From Microcoleus sp. (GTDB taxonomy: Bacteria; Cyanobacteriota; Cyanobacteriia; Cyanobacteriales; Microcoleaceae): a stretch of 64,000 bases of DNA. Location: contig JAYFMW010000020.1 of assembly GCA_042408215.1 (NCBI GenBank), forward strand, positions 320,001 through 384,000. Reading direction: 5' to 3'. Within the stretch, counting starts at the first letter, position 1; each line of letters starts with the position of its first letter. Of the stretch, positions 60,836 to 64,000 are shown in pieces. The position numbers and the translations under genes were made by a program. The notes under the pieces are model-generated. The model saw only the letters and a list, made by a program, of their open reading frames with translations. It was not told the origin of the DNA and did not search any database.

Positions 60836-62260
60836 ATGAGCAACTCTTCCCCTCCTCCCCCAGACTCGAACAACCCCGCACCACAAAAACTCAGCTTCTC
60901 GACAAAATTAGCTTACGGTGCCGGCGATCTCGGCCCAGCCATCACTGCGAATGTTCTGGTATTTTACCTACTATTATTTTTTACCAGTGTCGCCGGTTTG
61001 TCTCCTGGTACTGCTAGCAATATTTTGCTGATTGGTAAGGTTTGGGATGCTATAAATGACCCGATTGTGGGGGTATTGAGCGATCGCACTTCTCACCCCT
61101 GGGGCCGCCGATATCCTTGGATGGTATACGGCGCAATTCCTTTCGGTATCTTCTTCTTTTTGCAGTGGATTGTTCCCAGCACAAATCCAACGGTACTGTT
61201 TTGGTACTATGTAATTATCGCCATTCTATTCAACACCGCTTACACGGCTGTCAATCTTCCCTACACAGCCCTGACTCCAGAACTTACTCAAGACTACAAC
61301 GAACGCACTAGCCTGAATAGTTTTCGGTTCGCTTTCTCGATCGGTGGCAGCATTTTGTCATTGATTTTAGCACGAATTATCTTTGAATTAGTTAAAGATA
61401 ATACCCAAAAATATTTAGTATTAGGTGCAATCTGTACAGTAATTTCAGTATTGCCTTTATATTGGTGCTTTTTGGGAACCCGCAAACACGTCTTATCTCA
61501 ATTACAAGAAAATCCAGTAGAAGATAATTCAACTTCCTTACCGCTGAAAGAACAGTTGCGGATTGCTTTTAACAATCGCCCTTTTTTGTATGTAATTGGC
61601 ATTTATCTCTGTTCTTGGCTGGGAGTCCAATTAACAGCTTCTATTTTGCCTTATTTTGTGATCGACTGGATGAAACTACCGGAAAAAACTTTTCCTCAAA
61701 CTGCGATCGCAGTTCAAGGTACTGCACTAGCCATGCTATTTGTTTGGAGTAGAGTTAGCGAGAGATACGGCAAAAAAGCCGTATATTTTATGGGCATGAG
61801 TTTGTGGATTATCGCCCAAGCTGGACTGTTTTTCCTGCAACCAGGACAAGTAACATTGATGTATATCCTCGCAGTCATGGCTGGTGTGGGAGTTTCCACT
61901 GCTTATTTAGTACCTTGGTCGATGATACCGGATGTGATTGAACTCGACGAACTGCAAACTGGACAAAGACGCGAAGGTGTGTTCTATTCGTTTATGGTGT
62001 TGCTGCAAAAAATCGGGTTGGCGCTGGGTTTGTGGTTTGTAGGACAAGCTTTAGAAGTAGCTGGATTTCTCCCTACAATTCAGGGACAAGCGCCACCTGT
62101 ACAGCCCGATTCTGCACTGTTTGCGATTCGAGTTGCGATCGGGCCACTGCCCACAATTGCTTTAAGTTGCGGCATGATTTTAACATATTTTTATCCGATT
62201 ACTCGCGAAGTTCATGCAGAAATATTGCTGAAACTCAGAGAAAAGAAAGCAGGCAATTAA
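60836..62260 (+). CDS. MFS GPH-family (MelB-like) sugar:cation symporter
   Basis: YGAGD, WDAINDP, GRRYPW, RREG; ATG 60836. Confidence 0.93.
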   Translation: MSNSSPPPPDSNNPAPQKLSFSTKLAYGAGDLGPAITANVLVFYLLLFFTSVAGLSPGTASNILLIGKVWDAINDPIVGVLSDRTSHPWGRRYPWMVYGAIPFGIFFFLQWIVPSTNPTVLFWYYVIIAILFNTAYTAVNLPYTALTPELTQDYNERTSLNSFRFAFSIGGSILSLILARIIFELVKDNTQKYLVLGAICTVISVLPLYWCFLGTRKHVLSQLQENPVEDNSTSLPLKEQLRIAFNNRPFLYVIGIYLCSWLGVQLTASILPYFVIDWMKLPEKTFPQTAIAVQGTALAMLFVWSRVSERYGKKAVYFMGMSLWIIAQAGLFFLQPGQVTLMYILAVMAGVGVSTAYLVPWSMIPDVIELDELQTGQRREGVFYSFMVLLQKIGLALGLWFVGQALEVAGFLPTIQGQAPPVQPDSALFAIRVAIGPLPTIALSCGMILTYFYPITREVHAEILLKLREKKAGN

Positions 62261-62383
62261 ATTGGCGATACCAAATAAAAATAGACCTAATTCCTGTAGG
62301 GGCGGGTTCACCAAAATCTCTAAAACAAGTGATAGATTTAGTAAACCCGCCCCGGCGAGATTATAATCAACCGAGGTGCTTAA

Positions 62384-63673
62384 ATGTCTAAAATAGAAGG
62401 CTTTAGGGTAAAAAATTACAGAGTTCTTCGCGATATCACCTTGGGGAAACTGTGGAACACGCAGAATGCGAGATCGCTAACGCCTATGACAGCCGTCATC
62501 GGTAAAAATGGTGTTGGGAAAAGTACGATTTTCGACACTTTTGGCTTTCTTGCAGACTGCTTAAAATTGGGACTGGAGGAAGCCTGCGATTCTCGTAGTC
62601 GTGGAGGCTTTGAGAGAATTCGTTCCCAAGGACAAGAGGGAAGCATTGAGTTTGAAATCTACTATAAAGAGGATGGTAATGCTCGACCAATTACCTATGA
62701 GTTGGCAATAGATATTGACTCCTATGGAAGACCATATGTCAAGAGGGAAAGACTCAGACAAAGGAGAAAAGGACAAAACAGAGGACAACCCTTTTCTTTT
62801 CTGATTCTCAATGAAGGAAGGGGAATAGCATGGAAAGGTGAAGAAGTTGGCAATAAAAAAATTGAGGAAGAACGAGAACAACTGGATTTATTAATAAGCA
62901 AAATACAGATAGGTGAGGCGGAAGAGGAAAGTAAAGAAACTGAATTAGTCGAACTTGACGACAAACGCAAACTTGGTATCGCCACTTTGGGGTCACTCAA
63001 ACAACATCCCAGAATTTCAGCGTTTCGGAGATTTATTGAAGGATGGTATCTCAGCTATTTCACGCCAGATGCTGCACGGAGTTTGCCTCTGGCTGGCCCA
63101 CAAAAACATCTGAATATTCATGGGGATAATCTAGGAAATGTAGTTCAGTTTATGGAGAGAGAGCATCCCAAAAAGTTTAAATCCATCCTTGAAAAAATTT
63201 CTGGCAAAATTCCAGGTTTGAACAGGATTAGCACCGAGAAAAGCCCAGACGGAAGACTTCTCCTGCGTTTCAACGATCGGGGATTTCAAGATCCATTTTA
63301 TGCTCAACAAATGTCAGACGGAACACTAAAGGTATTCGCCTATCTCCTCCTTTTGGAAGATCCATCACCACCACCATTTTTTTGCATTGAGGAGCCAGAA
63401 AATGGACTTTATCATAAACTTTTAGAGACTCTGGCGCAAGAATTTAGATCGCACGCGACAGGTCACAAGGGCGGTTCTCAAGTCTTTATTACAACACATC
63501 AACCCTATTTTGTAGATGCCCTTGAACCTGAAGAGGTTTGGGTTCTTGAGAAGGGAGAGGATGGGTTTTCTACTATTAAACGAGCTAGTGAAGATCCTCT
63601 GATCGAGAACCTGGTTTCTGAAGGCTTGCCCCTGGGTGGACTTTGGTACAGTGACTACCTGGATGCAAGGTGA
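62384..63673 (+). CDS. ABC-type AAA ATPase (AAA_21/AbiEii-like)
   Basis: GKNGVGKS, MSDGT, IEEPENGL, TTH. Confidence 0.92.
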   Translation: MSKIEGFRVKNYRVLRDITLGKLWNTQNARSLTPMTAVIGKNGVGKSTIFDTFGFLADCLKLGLEEACDSRSRGGFERIRSQGQEGSIEFEIYYKEDGNARPITYELAIDIDSYGRPYVKRERLRQRRKGQNRGQPFSFLILNEGRGIAWKGEEVGNKKIEEEREQLDLLISKIQIGEAEEESKETELVELDDKRKLGIATLGSLKQHPRISAFRRFIEGWYLSYFTPDAARSLPLAGPQKHLNIHGDNLGNVVQFMEREHPKKFKSILEKISGKIPGLNRISTEKSPDGRLLLRFNDRGFQDPFYAQQMSDGTLKVFAYLLLLEDPSPPPFFCIEEPENGLYHKLLETLAQEFRSHATGHKGGSQVFITTHQPYFVDALEPEEVWVLEKGEDGFSTIKRASEDPLIENLVSEGLPLGGLWYSDYLDAR

Positions 63674-63677
63674 GTAT

Positions 63678-64000
63678 ATGCACTTTGAGATACTGATTGA
63701 GGATATTTCCGGTAAAACTGCTCTTGAAATTCTGATCCCGAAGATTATTGGCACTGAACATACATTTAATGTCCACTCGTACAAAGGAATAGGGCATATT
63801 CCCAAAGGGCTAAAATCTGCTTCTGATGCCAAAAAGCGCATTTTACTTGACCAACTCCCGCGACTTGTTAAAGGCTATGGCAATAAATTTGCCAGCTATC
63901 CCTCCGATTATCCTGCTGTTCTGATTGTCATTTGCGATTTGGACGATCGATGTTTGAATGCTTTTCGCAAAGAATTACTGGATTGTGTGGATAAGTGTCA
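63678..64000 (+). CDS. DUF4276-like TOPRIM-fold protein (partial, runs off the window)
   Basis: MHFEILIEDISG...VICDLD; starts 4 nt after the ATPase stop; not in the ORF track. Confidence 0.8.
   Translation, partial: MHFEILIEDISGKTALEILIPKIIGTEHTFNVHSYKGIGHIPKGLKSASDAKKRILLDQLPRLVKGYGNKFASYPSDYPAVLIVICDLDDRCLNAFRKELLDCVDKC

Noticed and set aside
1..64000. Abundant GCGATCGC as a novel motif
   Set aside because: It is the well-known cyanobacterial HIP1

Overview
Chromosomal region of a filamentous cyanobacterium (Oscillatoriales, probably Microcoleus/Tychonema-like; inferred from abundant HIP1 GCGATCGC, heptamer STRR arrays and gene content). The backbone is housekeeping genes: glyA, cinA, aroQ, rpsF, a pyrC-like gene, ruvX-DUF3727-mltG-yqeG-proB, ndk, leuS, aat, rpsN, nth, rseP. 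The intergenic spaces are saturated with small mobile repeats. Highlights: (1) three IS200/IS605-type elements, one carrying tnpB (tail broken by a MITE) and two ORF-less 295/393-bp cassettes that keep both ends, a promoter and an omegaRNA-like body, each upstream of a ribosomal protein gene; (2) a decaying TPR-CHAT (caspase-like) / small acidic domain / coiled-coil-2TM locus resembling a CATRA-type conflict system, split by a Y1 HuH transposase embedded in REP arrays; (3) an orphan SsuA-like binding protein heading a kinase-kinase-regulator-adenylate cyclase cascade; (4) a degenerate SphR paralogue behind a Pho-box array; (5) palindromic repeats inserted in frame in leuS; (6) an amber-interrupted radical SAM gene, an orphan M.PvuII-like methylase and an AAA-ATPase/TOPRIM pair. 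I recognised no tRNA, rRNA or CRISPR array. All family assignments come from motif recognition, not database searches.
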